From NCBI GenBank assembly GCA_039809905.1, contig JBDHVY010000001.1, forward strand, positions 810,001 through 842,000: a DNA stretch of 32,000 nt. The letters are read 5' to 3'. Positions 8,743 to 17,800 of this stretch are shown piece by piece. Source of the stretch: Candidatus Babelota bacterium (lineage in GTDB: Bacteria; Babelota; Babeliae; Babelales; Vermiphilaceae). The translations under genes and the position numbers were made by a program. Under the pieces are notes generated by a model. That model made no database searches, was not told where the DNA came from, and was given only the letters and a program-made list of their open reading frames with translations. Every line of letters begins with the position of its first letter. Position 1 is the stretch's first letter.

Positions 8743-9663
8743 TTATAATTCGATGAGAATATCATGATCTTTATGCGAAGAGCATTGTGCATTGTTATCA
8801 AAAAGCTCATCTAATTGTGCAATAATAGAAGGTAATTGTCTCAAAAAAGGTAATAGCTGAAACTCAACATGAAAGAGTCCGCGATTTTTTTTGAGATAAT
8901 CAATTAATTTTATGCTTTTGGTTAGATGCTTAAGCATAACTTCGTTGACGATATAATCCTCTTCGTGCCAGATTGGACAACTTTTCCAGCGAATATGTGC
9001 TTGCACTAATTTTGGATGAATATCAAAGTGGCGTTCAGAAAACAAAGGTTTTTTTTCGTCTTTTTTTCTATATAATCCTTGCATATCGGCAATTTGAAAC
9101 ATATCCGTATGAGAATGGAGAGAATAAATACGTTCAAATAGAGGGGAATCAATTAAATGTGACGTAGATTTTTGTACGGGGCATGCCAGTAAAATTGCTT
9201 TGGAAATAATAGGTTCAAATCCATCAGGAGCAATGATTTCTGCAAGATGAAGAACTACGTTGCCTCCATGGCTGTGAGAAATGAGGATAAATTTAGGGGC
9301 AAGACCTGTTTTTTCGAGAACAGCTTGGTGAATTGTTTTGAGAGCATTAAAAAGTTCTTGAGAGGCATTTTTGCGTTCAATAAGATTAAGTTTTCCTGAC
9401 CATCCAAAGGAGTAAAAATACTCCTGCTGAAAAAATGTTGGTTGGCTTGCATTGAGTATTGAAGCTTTAATAGCTTCATAATGGTGAGTGTTGAATGTGT
9501 TTGCGTGATGAAGACCTGGCTTGTGTTGAAAGATAATATTACCAATCTTTCTCGCTAAACGAGCAAAAGGTAATGGGAGACATTCATCTATTTTTGTTCC
9601 ATGAACCCAAATAGTTACAACTGGTTGAGGGTTTGGAGGTATTTGTGGCGGTGTAAACAACAT
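8743..9663 (-). CDS. Alpha/beta-hydrolase, lipase/esterase-like (paralog 2, no signal peptide)
   Basis: 306 aa, ATG with AAGAGAG upstream. VTIWVHGT, ISHSHGGNVVL and LLACPVQ blocks are collinear with paralog 1. The N-terminus MLFTPPQIPPNPQP has no hydrophobic segment. Confidence 0.65.
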   Translation of the reverse strand: MLFTPPQIPPNPQPVVTIWVHGTKIDECLPLPFARLARKIGNIIFQHKPGLHHANTFNTHHYEAIKASILNASQPTFFQQEYFYSFGWSGKLNLIERKNASQELFNALKTIHQAVLEKTGLAPKFILISHSHGGNVVLHLAEIIAPDGFEPIISKAILLACPVQKSTSHLIDSPLFERIYSLHSHTDMFQIADMQGLYRKKDEKKPLFSERHFDIHPKLVQAHIRWKSCPIWHEEDYIVNEVMLKHLTKSIKLIDYLKKNRGLFHVEFQLLPFLRQLPSIIAQLDELFDNNAQCSSHKDHDILIEL

Positions 9664-9690
9664 AACAACTCTCTTTTCTTATATGATTAT

Positions 9691-9718
9691 TTGTAAAAAT
9701 CTTAATCCTTTATATAAT
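9691..9718 (+). promoter_or_regulatory. Candidate sigma-70-type promoter for the nfeD/SPFH operon
   Basis: TTGTAA (9691..9696), a 16-nt spacer, then TATAAT (9713..9718), about 38 nt upstream of ATG 9757. Chance matches are common in AT-rich DNA. Confidence 0.3.
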
Positions 9719-9756
9719 TATAATATATTATTATCCTTTAGTCTAAAGGGGTTGCT

Positions 9757-10248
9757 ATGAAATTTGAAAAATTGGTCTCTTTTTTTAGTAATAGCAAAGA
9801 TATTGAAACAACCGATATGTTCTACTGGTGGCTAATTATTGCCTTTGCCTTTCTGATTATGGAAATGGGACATCCAGGACTTTTCTTCTTTTTATCATTC
9901 TTTTTTGGTGGATTATCTGCAGCTGTAGCAAGTTATTTTACAAAATCGGTTATTGTCCAAACAATTTCTTTTTTTGGTAGTACAATTGTGGCATTATACA
10001 TTTTGCGCCATTGGGGAGTTTTTATCGTTGGTAAAAATCGATCTCATCAACATACTAATTTTTATGCTTTAAAAGGCAAACGAGCTCTTGTAACACAAGA
10101 TATTACTGGTGAACAACCTGGATTAGTTACCATAGGGGGTCAAATTTGGGCAGCGCGAGTTGTGCATCATGATGATCGCATTTTTATTGGTGATGTTGTT
10201 GAAGTTATTGATGTCCGTGGTGCGCACGTTGTAGTAAAAAAAGTATAA
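9757..10248 (+). CDS. NfeD-family membrane protein
   Basis: 163 aa. Hydrophobic N-terminal helices plus a C-terminal NfeD-type OB-like segment (GKRALVTQDITGEQPGLVTIGGQIWAARV...GDVVEVIDVRGAHVVVKK). It lies directly upstream of an SPFH gene, which is the canonical pairing. Confidence 0.8.
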   Translation: MKFEKLVSFFSNSKDIETTDMFYWWLIIAFAFLIMEMGHPGLFFFLSFFFGGLSAAVASYFTKSVIVQTISFFGSTIVALYILRHWGVFIVGKNRSHQHTNFYALKGKRALVTQDITGEQPGLVTIGGQIWAARVVHHDDRIFIGDVVEVIDVRGAHVVVKKV

Positions 10249-10257
10249 GGAGCTTTC

Positions 10258-11211
10258 ATGTTTACACTCTATGCAACAGCAATTTTTTTCGGAATAGTGT
10301 TTCTTTTTTTGATTATCTTATTGTCTAAATCAGTGTATTTAGTGCAACAAGCAGAAGTTATGATTATTGAACGTCTGGGTAAATATGATCGTATTATTGG
10401 ACCAGGATTGCATATCGTAGTGCCATTTATTGAGCAACCACGAAAAGTTGTCTGGACATTTATGCAATCAGAAAACGGTGGTAAGCGGTATTATAGTGTT
10501 ACTCAAATTTTAGATCGTATTGATTTACGTGAATCGGTATATGATTTTCCTAAGCAAAACGTTATTACTAAAGATAATGTGACTATGGAAATTAATGCGT
10601 TACTTTATTATCAGATTACTGATCCTAAAGCCGCAGTGTATGAAATTAATAATATGCCAGAAGCAATTGAGAAATATACGCAAACTCGTTTGCGTGATAT
10701 TATTGGTTCAATGGATTTGGATGAAACACTTGTCTCTCGCAACACCATTAATGCTCGTTTGACAGAAATTTTGGATGAAGCAACTGATAAATGGGGTGTT
10801 AAAGTTAATCGTGTTGAATTACAAGAAGTTAATCCGCCTGCAGATATTCGAGTTGCAATGGAAAAACAAATGCGTGCAGAACGTGAACGCCGTGAAATGA
10901 TTTTGCGTTCTGAAGGTAAAAAACAATCAGCAATTTTAGAAGCTGAAGGTATTAAAGAAGCTGCGATATTAGAAGCTGAAGGCCAGGCGCAATCGCGTAT
11001 TAAAATAGCAGAAGCTGAAAGCAGAGCTATTGCTATGCTTCAAGAAGCAGCACATACAGATCCTTTGCCATATCTTATTGCAATGCAATATGTTAAAACA
11101 TTGCCTGAAATGGTAAAAGGAAAAGATGATAAATTAGTTGTTATTCCCTACGAAGCAAGTTCAATGATTGGTTCATTGGCAACGATGAAGCAATTGTTTG
11201 AGAAGGTATAA
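10258..11211 (+). CDS. SPFH/band-7 (stomatin/prohibitin-like) membrane protein
   Basis: 317 aa with RBS AAGGAG. N-terminal TM helix, then VQQAEVMIIERLGKYDRIIGPGLHIVVPFIE and VNRVELQEVNPPADIRVAMEKQMRAERERR, and an Ala/Glu-rich coiled coil. Confidence 0.9.
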   Translation: MFTLYATAIFFGIVFLFLIILLSKSVYLVQQAEVMIIERLGKYDRIIGPGLHIVVPFIEQPRKVVWTFMQSENGGKRYYSVTQILDRIDLRESVYDFPKQNVITKDNVTMEINALLYYQITDPKAAVYEINNMPEAIEKYTQTRLRDIIGSMDLDETLVSRNTINARLTEILDEATDKWGVKVNRVELQEVNPPADIRVAMEKQMRAERERREMILRSEGKKQSAILEAEGIKEAAILEAEGQAQSRIKIAEAESRAIAMLQEAAHTDPLPYLIAMQYVKTLPEMVKGKDDKLVVIPYEASSMIGSLATMKQLFEKV

Positions 11212-11225
11212 AATTACTTGAACCC

Positions 11226-11257
11226 AAAAAAACCCGGTGATAAACCGGGTTTTTTTA
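11226..11257. terminator. Bidirectional rho-independent terminator
   Basis: AAAAAA-ACCCGGT-GATAA-ACCGGGT-TTTTTTT: a 7-bp GC-rich stem (11232..11238 / 11244..11250) flanked by an A-tract and a T-tract. It sits between convergent gene ends at 11211 (+) and 11266 (-). Confidence 0.85.
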
Positions 11258-11265
11258 TTTATATC

Positions 11266-11616
11266 TTATTCTGTTTTGAATCGTATTCTTCTTCGTATTC
11301 TGCGTAGATCTTTCTTTTTTTTAATCTCAAGATCTGGATTAATGGTGTATTCACGATAAGTAGAGCGAGGGACAATAAAATTTTTTATGGGCTTCTTACC
11401 TATTTTCAGATAAAGGTATAAATCAGGTTGTTCAGGAGATGTTTGTATTGGCATTGCAATATACGTATTATTCTTTATCTTTCTTTCTTGAAGACCATTA
11501 ATATCTTTATAATAAATGGTAATAGATTTCTTTGAGACGTTGTCAATATTGACTTGCACTTGACCACAAAAAATATTGAGTGTAGATAATAGACACAATA
11601 GAGATATGTGTTTCAT
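11266..11616 (-). CDS. Hypothetical small secreted protein with an Arg/Lys-rich C-terminal tail
   Basis: 116 aa. Signal-like N-terminus (ISLLCLLSTLNIFCG). C-terminus KKKKDLRRIRRRIRFKTE. Its start codon overlaps the upstream stop as TAATG at 11614..11618. Confidence 0.55.
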   Translation of the reverse strand: MKHISLLCLLSTLNIFCGQVQVNIDNVSKKSITIYYKDINGLQERKIKNNTYIAMPIQTSPEQPDLYLYLKIGKKPIKNFIVPRSTYREYTINPDLEIKKKKDLRRIRRRIRFKTE

Positions 11617-12086
11617 TATTCAATTTCCAATCGTGCAACTTCTTCTGGTGCAGAAAGCGATTTGTTTTTTCTTCTGATGATTATACTATTTTCTTCAACT
11701 GATCGTGATAATTTTAAAGTATCACCATTATTGGCAGAAATGGTTGCTTTTTTAGGATATCGAAGATTTGGATTATAAAATGAAATATCTGATGTCCCAT
11801 CTAAATTTTTTTGAGGATGATGTATTTTAAAAAGATTAGTATGGCATAGTGGTACTGTTGTGCTAAAAACATAGCAACTTCCACAGCAAGATTGTTTTAT
11901 TTTATATTCAATATTTACCGGAAGAACTTCCTTTGCGTCTACTGTTACTTGATTATTGTGATAATAAGTGACATTTCTTGGATCTTTTTCTGCAGCCTGA
12001 GAAATATACACAAATGTTGTTGCGGTCATTATTAATAAAACGAGCAATTGTCTGTGTGTGGTTGTTTTTGTATTAAAATGATTCAT
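11616..12086 (-). CDS. Hypothetical secreted Cys-containing protein
   Basis: 156 aa. Hydrophobic N-terminus (LLVLLIMTATTFVYISQAA) and a Cys cluster (QSCCGSCYVFSTTVPLCH). Its start overlaps the upstream stop as ATGA at 12083..12086. Confidence 0.55.
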   Translation of the reverse strand: MNHFNTKTTTHRQLLVLLIMTATTFVYISQAAEKDPRNVTYYHNNQVTVDAKEVLPVNIEYKIKQSCCGSCYVFSTTVPLCHTNLFKIHHPQKNLDGTSDISFYNPNLRYPKKATISANNGDTLKLSRSVEENSIIIRRKNKSLSAPEEVARLEIE

Positions 12087-12559
12087 GTGTTTTCAGCTGT
12101 TGTATCTTGTGGTGGAAAGTTTTCGTTATCAATAATATCTATTATTTTTTTAGTGACCTCAGAGTACACTTCTTCAAAGCAATTTTCAAGTTCTTCGAGA
12201 TTATTAATAGTAATATTTTTATGGGCAACTTTTTCAATAATAATCTTCATTATTCCATGAATAATATTTGCAACTGAATGTCCAATATTAGGACGACTAT
12301 GCGGATCTTGCGCGATATTAAGTGCTCCATTCATTATTTGCCCAACACCTGCTAAAATGATTGGATTGGGCTGATAGCCGGTTGATTGTTTTTCCGTATC
12401 ATTCCGATCATTATTATCGTCATTGTCATCTTGGAATTTATTATACTGAGATGAGTTCTGTTTTGGTTTGTGTTTTTCTCTACCCAGACAGGTTTGGATC
12501 GATGCTATAGATACTATAGTACATACTAATAGGATAAGGGACGTAGACTTCATATGCAT
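12083..12559 (-). CDS. Hypothetical secreted protein with an Asp/Asn-rich linker
   Basis: The track ORF starts at TTG 12643. I prefer ATG 12559 or 12553 (MHMKSTSLILLVCTIVSIASIQTCLG), which gives a signal peptide and has GGAGAG just upstream. Confidence 0.5.
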   Translation of the reverse strand: MHMKSTSLILLVCTIVSIASIQTCLGREKHKPKQNSSQYNKFQDDNDDNNDRNDTEKQSTGYQPNPIILAGVGQIMNGALNIAQDPHSRPNIGHSVANIIHGIMKIIIEKVAHKNITINNLEELENCFEEVYSEVTKKIIDIIDNENFPPQDTTAENT

Positions 12560-12655
12560 AGCTCTCCGATTTAGAAAATACATTTCATCATTGGTTCTGA
12601 TGCTCTGATAGCATTGAATTTTTCGCGATGTATTTGCAAGCAAAAAATAGTTTTT

Positions 12656-13939
12656 TTACTCTTTTCTAAAAATATGTACGAATTGTACATGCAGAGGAGT
12701 TGCTTTTTGGACCTGGAACAGAAAGTTTTTATACATTATTTCTTCATCTTTTTGAGGAACACGTTGGAATAGTTCTGCTAAAAACCCTGCCAACGAAACA
12801 GATCCTTCACTCACAAATATGATATTAAGGAACGTACCCAAATCTTCAAGAGTGATTGTTGCATCAACAAGCCATTCATCTTCTCCCATAGGCATTATTT
12901 TACCAATAGTTGATTCATGTTCATCGCTAATTTCACCAACAATTTCTTCAATAAGATCTTCTAGGGTCACAAGGCCCGTGAGTGTGCCATGATCATTAAT
13001 AACCATAGCGATATGAATTTGTTTTTCTCGAAATTTTCCTAAAAGCTGAATTACTTTCATGCTTTCTGGCACAAACATAAGAGGTCGAATGATTTCTTGG
13101 AGGACCTTTTTTTCGCCTTTCGAGAACATAATGAAGAGATCTTTTTGATGCACCATTCCTACAATATTGTGGCGTGATCCTTCGTAGACAGGAATGCGCG
13201 TGTAAGAATGTTGTGAGAAAAAGCTAAATACTTGTTCCATAGGAGTGTTTATATCAAGAGAAACTATTTTTTCTGCAGACATCATCACTTCTTTGATAGG
13301 AGTATTACCCAGCTGGAAAACGTTTTGAAGCATCTCTCTTTTTTCAAGTTCCAAAAGACCTTTTTCATGAATATAATTAATCAAAAATTGAATTTCTGGT
13401 TCTGAAGCTATCCACTGAGAAGAACTTTCAAGAGCTTCATGTCCACCAACTTTGTAGATAACGTAATCAGAAAATTTTGCCAAAATGATAACAAATGGGT
13501 AAAGCGTGTAATAAATGCAATTGATCAGCCAAAGAACTGATTTAAAAGCTTGCTCGCTGCGTACACGAGCAAAGCTTTTTGGTAAAATTTCGCCAAAAAC
13601 AACAATGCCAAGTGATGCAAACATAATACCAAGAGTGAATCCAAAACCACTTGAAAGCCCAACATGGGTAAAAATGGTACTCATGATAAATGTTGCCAAG
13701 GATGCTGCTGATACATCAACAAAGCTATTAGCAACAATGATAGTAACAAGTACACGTTGTGGATTTTTCTCTAATGTTTGCAAAAGAGGTTGGTATTCTG
13801 TTGTGGAATGAGCAAGCTCTTTGAGTCTATAAAGACGCAATGCAGTAATACTCGTTTCCAAAAATGATAATGTTGCTCGGCAACACAACGCAATACACAA
13901 TAAAATAAAGGGGGTAATCAGCTGGCTATAAGGTTCCAT
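12656..13939 (-). CDS. CNNM/CorC/TlyC-family transporter (DUF21 membrane domain, CBS pair, CorC_HlyC domain)
   Basis: 427 aa. Four N-terminal TM helices including GEILPKSFA, a CBS-pair region (TPIKEVMMSAEKIVSL..., IAMVINDHGTLTGLVTLEDLIEEIVGEI) and a C-terminal transporter-associated domain. Confidence 0.85.
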   Translation of the reverse strand: MEPYSQLITPFILLCIALCCRATLSFLETSITALRLYRLKELAHSTTEYQPLLQTLEKNPQRVLVTIIVANSFVDVSAASLATFIMSTIFTHVGLSSGFGFTLGIMFASLGIVVFGEILPKSFARVRSEQAFKSVLWLINCIYYTLYPFVIILAKFSDYVIYKVGGHEALESSSQWIASEPEIQFLINYIHEKGLLELEKREMLQNVFQLGNTPIKEVMMSAEKIVSLDINTPMEQVFSFFSQHSYTRIPVYEGSRHNIVGMVHQKDLFIMFSKGEKKVLQEIIRPLMFVPESMKVIQLLGKFREKQIHIAMVINDHGTLTGLVTLEDLIEEIVGEISDEHESTIGKIMPMGEDEWLVDATITLEDLGTFLNIIFVSEGSVSLAGFLAELFQRVPQKDEEIMYKNFLFQVQKATPLHVQFVHIFRKE

Positions 13940-13962
13940 ACGTGCTAACTCTTTCTTTATTT

Positions 13963-15897
13963 TTATTCTTCATCATCATGTTCGTCATCAATATCTTCTT
14001 GATCATCACCCAGATCATCATCTGAACTATTTTCATCAAGGTTTTCTTTATCTTCCATTTCTTTTTCGAAAAACGCAAGAAGTCTTTTACTGCGAGATGG
14101 ATGACGTAGTTTTCTTAATGCTTTTACCTCAATTTGTCGGATACGTTCACGTGTTACTGAAAAGTCTTTACCAACTTCTTCAAGAGTATGTTCTGATGCG
14201 ACATCTATACCAAACCGCATTTTAAGTACTTTTTCTTCTCGTGGTGTTAATGTTTTTAACACTTCTCGTACACGATCTTTTAAATCTGAGTTTGCAACAG
14301 TATCGGCAGGTGAAGATTCTTTATCGTTTTCAATAAAGTCTTTAATATATGCATCTTCACTATCACCCACAGGTGTTTCCAAAGATATAGGTTCTTTTGA
14401 GATCTTGATTATGTTTTTAATCTTTTTCTCGTCAAGGTTTAATTCTTTTGCAAGTTCTGTATATGTTGGTTCTCGACCATTTTCTTGTACGAATGTTCGT
14501 TTGATTTTATTAATTTTATTAAGTGTTTCAACCATATGAACAGGAACACGAATAGTACGAGATTGATCAGCAATCGCACGAGTAATTGCCTGACGAATCC
14601 ACCATGTTGCATAGGTAGAGAATTTATAACCACGTTCAAATTCAAATTTTTCCACGGCCTTCATTAATCCGATATTACCTTCTTGGATTAAATCTAAGAA
14701 ATGTAATCCACGATTAACGTATTTTTTAGCAATATTAACTACCAAGCGTAAATTGGCTTTAGCAAGGTTATCTTTGGCGATTTTATCCTGCTTTTGGCCT
14801 AAAACAAGTTGATTATAATAGTTAAGAATAAGATTTTTAGGCAGGCCGATTTCAACTTCAAGTTTTTTCAATGTTTTTGTGGCAGCTCGCATAGATGATT
14901 CAAGCTCTTCCATTTCAGTCTTTTGCGTTGGGGTTAATGACGGAAGATCTTGATATTCTTTTAATTGAGCAGCAGATGCTTGAGCAACTATTTCTTTTTC
15001 ATTGAACTTGGCGATATATTTTTCGATTCTTTTACAGAATTTTCTAATGAGCTTATTAGAAAATCTGATGGTGCGGATTGTTTCGCCAATTTTTTCTTTA
15101 TTTGCCTTGACCGCATCGAGCATTTCTTTTTTCTTTTTTGGGTCTGCTAACTGGCTACGGTAGGTATGATAAATTTTTTCTTCATTTTGAATAAGACTAT
15201 TAACATGCGCTATTGTTTGCAATAAATCGCGTTTTTCTTCTTCAACTTTTGGAATGTTGTCTTCATCAAATTCAGAAAATTGAATAATATCTTTGAGATT
15301 GAGAATGTTTTTTTCAAGTTTTTCGCCCATTTGAACAAATTCTTTGTGTAAAAATGGAAAACGTGAAATTGCTTCGATGCTATTGCTTTTGCTTTGAGCG
15401 ATTTGATCAGCAATAGTAGTTTCTGTTTTTTTATTTAAAAGAGGTATTTTACCAATATCGCGTAGATATGATTTAACGCTATCGGCGACGCTTGACTCTG
15501 TTTCACGCTTAACTTCGCTGCCATCATCGTCTTCATCTTCTTCATTTTCTTCTTCTTCTTCAAATTCTCCTGATTCAAGACCGTAAGTTTCAAGCTTTGT
15601 TTTGAGTTTGAGTCGAGAAGGTTCAAGCTCTTCAAGTTCGTCTTTTTTAAGGTCGTCACTCTCAAGCTCTTCTTGAGTAACTAATTCAACATTTTCTCTT
15701 TCAAGAACACGCAAGATATCAGTAATTTCTGCATCAGTTACGTTATTTTTATCACCAAACGCGATGAGTTCTTCATAGCTTAACATGCCGTTGAGCTTGC
15801 ATTTTTCAATAAATTCTTCAATAATTTCTTTATGCAAATCAACATTGTTAATTGTTTTTTTAACAGTTTTTTTAGCAGTAGGCTTTGCCTTGGTCAT
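13963..15897 (-). CDS. rpoD: Primary RNA polymerase sigma factor RpoD with an acidic C-terminal extension
   Basis: 644 aa. Region 2 ([53 protein letters not shown]), region 4.2 ([33 protein letters not shown]) and an acidic region 1 linker. Confidence 0.95.
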   Translation of the reverse strand: MTKAKPTAKKTVKKTINNVDLHKEIIEEFIEKCKLNGMLSYEELIAFGDKNNVTDAEITDILRVLERENVELVTQEELESDDLKKDELEELEPSRLKLKTKLETYGLESGEFEEEEENEEDEDDDGSEVKRETESSVADSVKSYLRDIGKIPLLNKKTETTIADQIAQSKSNSIEAISRFPFLHKEFVQMGEKLEKNILNLKDIIQFSEFDEDNIPKVEEEKRDLLQTIAHVNSLIQNEEKIYHTYRSQLADPKKKKEMLDAVKANKEKIGETIRTIRFSNKLIRKFCKRIEKYIAKFNEKEIVAQASAAQLKEYQDLPSLTPTQKTEMEELESSMRAATKTLKKLEVEIGLPKNLILNYYNQLVLGQKQDKIAKDNLAKANLRLVVNIAKKYVNRGLHFLDLIQEGNIGLMKAVEKFEFERGYKFSTYATWWIRQAITRAIADQSRTIRVPVHMVETLNKINKIKRTFVQENGREPTYTELAKELNLDEKKIKNIIKISKEPISLETPVGDSEDAYIKDFIENDKESSPADTVANSDLKDRVREVLKTLTPREEKVLKMRFGIDVASEHTLEEVGKDFSVTRERIRQIEVKALRKLRHPSRSKRLLAFFEKEMEDKENLDENSSDDDLGDDQEDIDDEHDDEE

Positions 15898-15941
15898 CGT
15901 TTTTTCCCCGCCATATTTTTTATTACGTTACTTAGAGGCCA

Positions 15942-17690
15942 TTATGGAGCAGTAATTAATTTATTCTGAAGTTCTACAAAATCTTGTAATATAAGAGCTA
16001 CTTTTTCGCTATCACCTTCTTGTTTTGCCTGATTCAATTGTGCTTTTATATCGCGAACAATGTTTTTCCATTGTTTCTTTTGGAGTTGATCCAGAAGTTT
16101 ATCAAAGGCAACAGCATCTACTATTTCATATTCTTCAAGAAGTAATCTGCTTACATATTGTTTATCATGTTCATTCAGTGTATCAAAAAAATAACTAAAG
16201 GAAACAGTTTCAGTTTTTTCCTTAGTTGTTTTTAGCTGTGCGAGAATGTCTCGCAAGGGGGAGGGTAAATATCTGATGAGTTGCAATCTGTCTTCCCCGA
16301 TAAATAAATCCATATTGTTCATTATAGCACAAAATATTCGTTTTTCTAGCAAGGTTATTGCTTCAGATTCTGTGGTTGTTGTGGATTGAGTTGGTTCTTG
16401 CTGAGAAGGTGTTTTATCTTGCAATCGTTCTAACTCCTGTTTGAGAGCTTCAAAAGGAATATCGAATATTTTTGCTGCTTTTTGCAGCAAGATATCTTTT
16501 TTCAAATGGTCATTAATGGCGGTGATTACGGTTAAAAATGAACGAGTGGTTTGTATTTTTTGTGATAAGGGTTTGCTGAGAAAGTTATGACCAAGCGCGT
16601 TTAAAAAGAAGTGAAAAATATCCTGAGCTCCTGAAACAAGAGCTTGAAAATCCCCTCCTTTGCCCAAAAATGATGCTGGATCTTCACCGGTGGGCAACAT
16701 GATAACTTTGAGCTCCAAGTTAACGTGCCAACAAAGTTCTGTTAAGCGTAAAACGGCCGATCTTCCGGCATTATCATTGTCATATACTACGAAAATATGC
16801 TCAGCGTAACGAGCAAGTTGCTTAAGGTGTTCTACCGTACACGCAGTACCCAGTGTTGCAACTGTATTGGATAGACCCTGCTCAGTCATTGCCATGCAGT
16901 CAGTATAGCCTTCAACAAGAAATATTTTACCTGTTTCTTGGATGCTTTTCTTTGCTTTATCAAGATTAAACAGGAGTGATCCTTTGATAAAGTATTCATT
17001 TTCACGGGAATTATAATATTTGGGACGAGTATCATGATCTTTGAATATTCTGCCTCCAAATCCACAATATCTTCCTAAAGCATCCTTAATCGGAAAAATG
17101 AGCCGTTCTTCAAATGGCGAATAAAGAGTTGTTCTTCCTTCTGCCAAAATGTGAGCATTGATCAAATCTTGGGCTAAAATTGATTGCCGTTTCATCGCAT
17201 AAAGTAAATCATTGATGGCAGCATTGCCACTGGGAAAATAGCCGAGTGTAAAGTAATTAAATGTTTGCGGAGTAAACCCACGACGATGAAAATAAGACTG
17301 TGCATTTGGATTTTTTAATAATTGCTCGTGGCACCACAAAGCAACTGCTTTGCATACAGTAAAATAATGATTTTTTTCATCACTGTTTTTTTCTGATTCA
17401 AACGAAATATTGTGAGGTAGTTCTAGACTATATTTTTCCACAAGCAATTGAGCGGCGTCTTTTTGAGAGCAATTTTCAATTTTTGCCATAAATGAAATAA
17501 CATCGCCAGAAAGATGACAACCAAAGCAATAAAATATTTGTTTATCGGGGCTTACAGTAAAAGATGCTGTTTTTTCATGGTGAAAAGGACATGTGCCTTT
17601 ATGATACCCCCCAGCCCTTTTGAGCGTCACGTATTCGTTAACAACATCAAGAATTGAGATACGTTCTTTAATAAAACTAAAGATATTCAT
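15942..17690 (-). CDS. dnaG: DNA primase DnaG
   Basis: 582 aa. CHC2 zinc finger (CPFHHEKTASFTVSPDKQIFYCFGCHLSGDVISF) and TOPRIM motifs (FLVEGYTDCM, VVYDNDNAG). It lies immediately upstream of rpoD, the conserved dnaG-rpoD linkage. Confidence 0.93.
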   Translation of the reverse strand: MNIFSFIKERISILDVVNEYVTLKRAGGYHKGTCPFHHEKTASFTVSPDKQIFYCFGCHLSGDVISFMAKIENCSQKDAAQLLVEKYSLELPHNISFESEKNSDEKNHYFTVCKAVALWCHEQLLKNPNAQSYFHRRGFTPQTFNYFTLGYFPSGNAAINDLLYAMKRQSILAQDLINAHILAEGRTTLYSPFEERLIFPIKDALGRYCGFGGRIFKDHDTRPKYYNSRENEYFIKGSLLFNLDKAKKSIQETGKIFLVEGYTDCMAMTEQGLSNTVATLGTACTVEHLKQLARYAEHIFVVYDNDNAGRSAVLRLTELCWHVNLELKVIMLPTGEDPASFLGKGGDFQALVSGAQDIFHFFLNALGHNFLSKPLSQKIQTTRSFLTVITAINDHLKKDILLQKAAKIFDIPFEALKQELERLQDKTPSQQEPTQSTTTTESEAITLLEKRIFCAIMNNMDLFIGEDRLQLIRYLPSPLRDILAQLKTTKEKTETVSFSYFFDTLNEHDKQYVSRLLLEEYEIVDAVAFDKLLDQLQKKQWKNIVRDIKAQLNQAKQEGDSEKVALILQDFVELQNKLITAP

Positions 17691-17800
17691 GCGATTGTTT
17701 TTCGCCAGCTTATGAGGGTATGAAATATAATATTCATTAGTTTACTGAGCTTGCACAAATATTAAAGAGAGAAATATAAAAAATATTTTTCTAACTATTT

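Noticed and set aside
12560-12643. TTG-initiated 28-residue extension of the 12083.. gene
   Set aside because: ATG 12559/12553 is preceded by GGAGAG and yields a canonical signal peptide. The extension has no such features.
13515-13811. 98-aa plus-strand ORF antisense to the CorC/CNNM gene
   Set aside because: It is embedded antisense in a confidently assigned gene with no start context. The same reasoning applies to track ORFs 14485..14667, 14965..15150, 22568..22870, 24396..24677, 24898..25137, 28989..29255 and 31010..31225.
15525-15570. GAA/GAT-rich trinucleotide periodicity (TTC/ATC runs on the plus strand)
   Set aside because: It lies in frame within rpoD and encodes the acidic region-1 linker ([13 protein letters not shown]). 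This is coding low complexity, not a non-coding tandem repeat.
17691-17800. Promoter call upstream of dnaG, and the AT palindrome AAAAATATTTTT
   Set aside because: Several weak -35/-10-like hexamers are possible in this AT-rich spacer and none stands out. The palindrome is pure A/T and is expected by composition.
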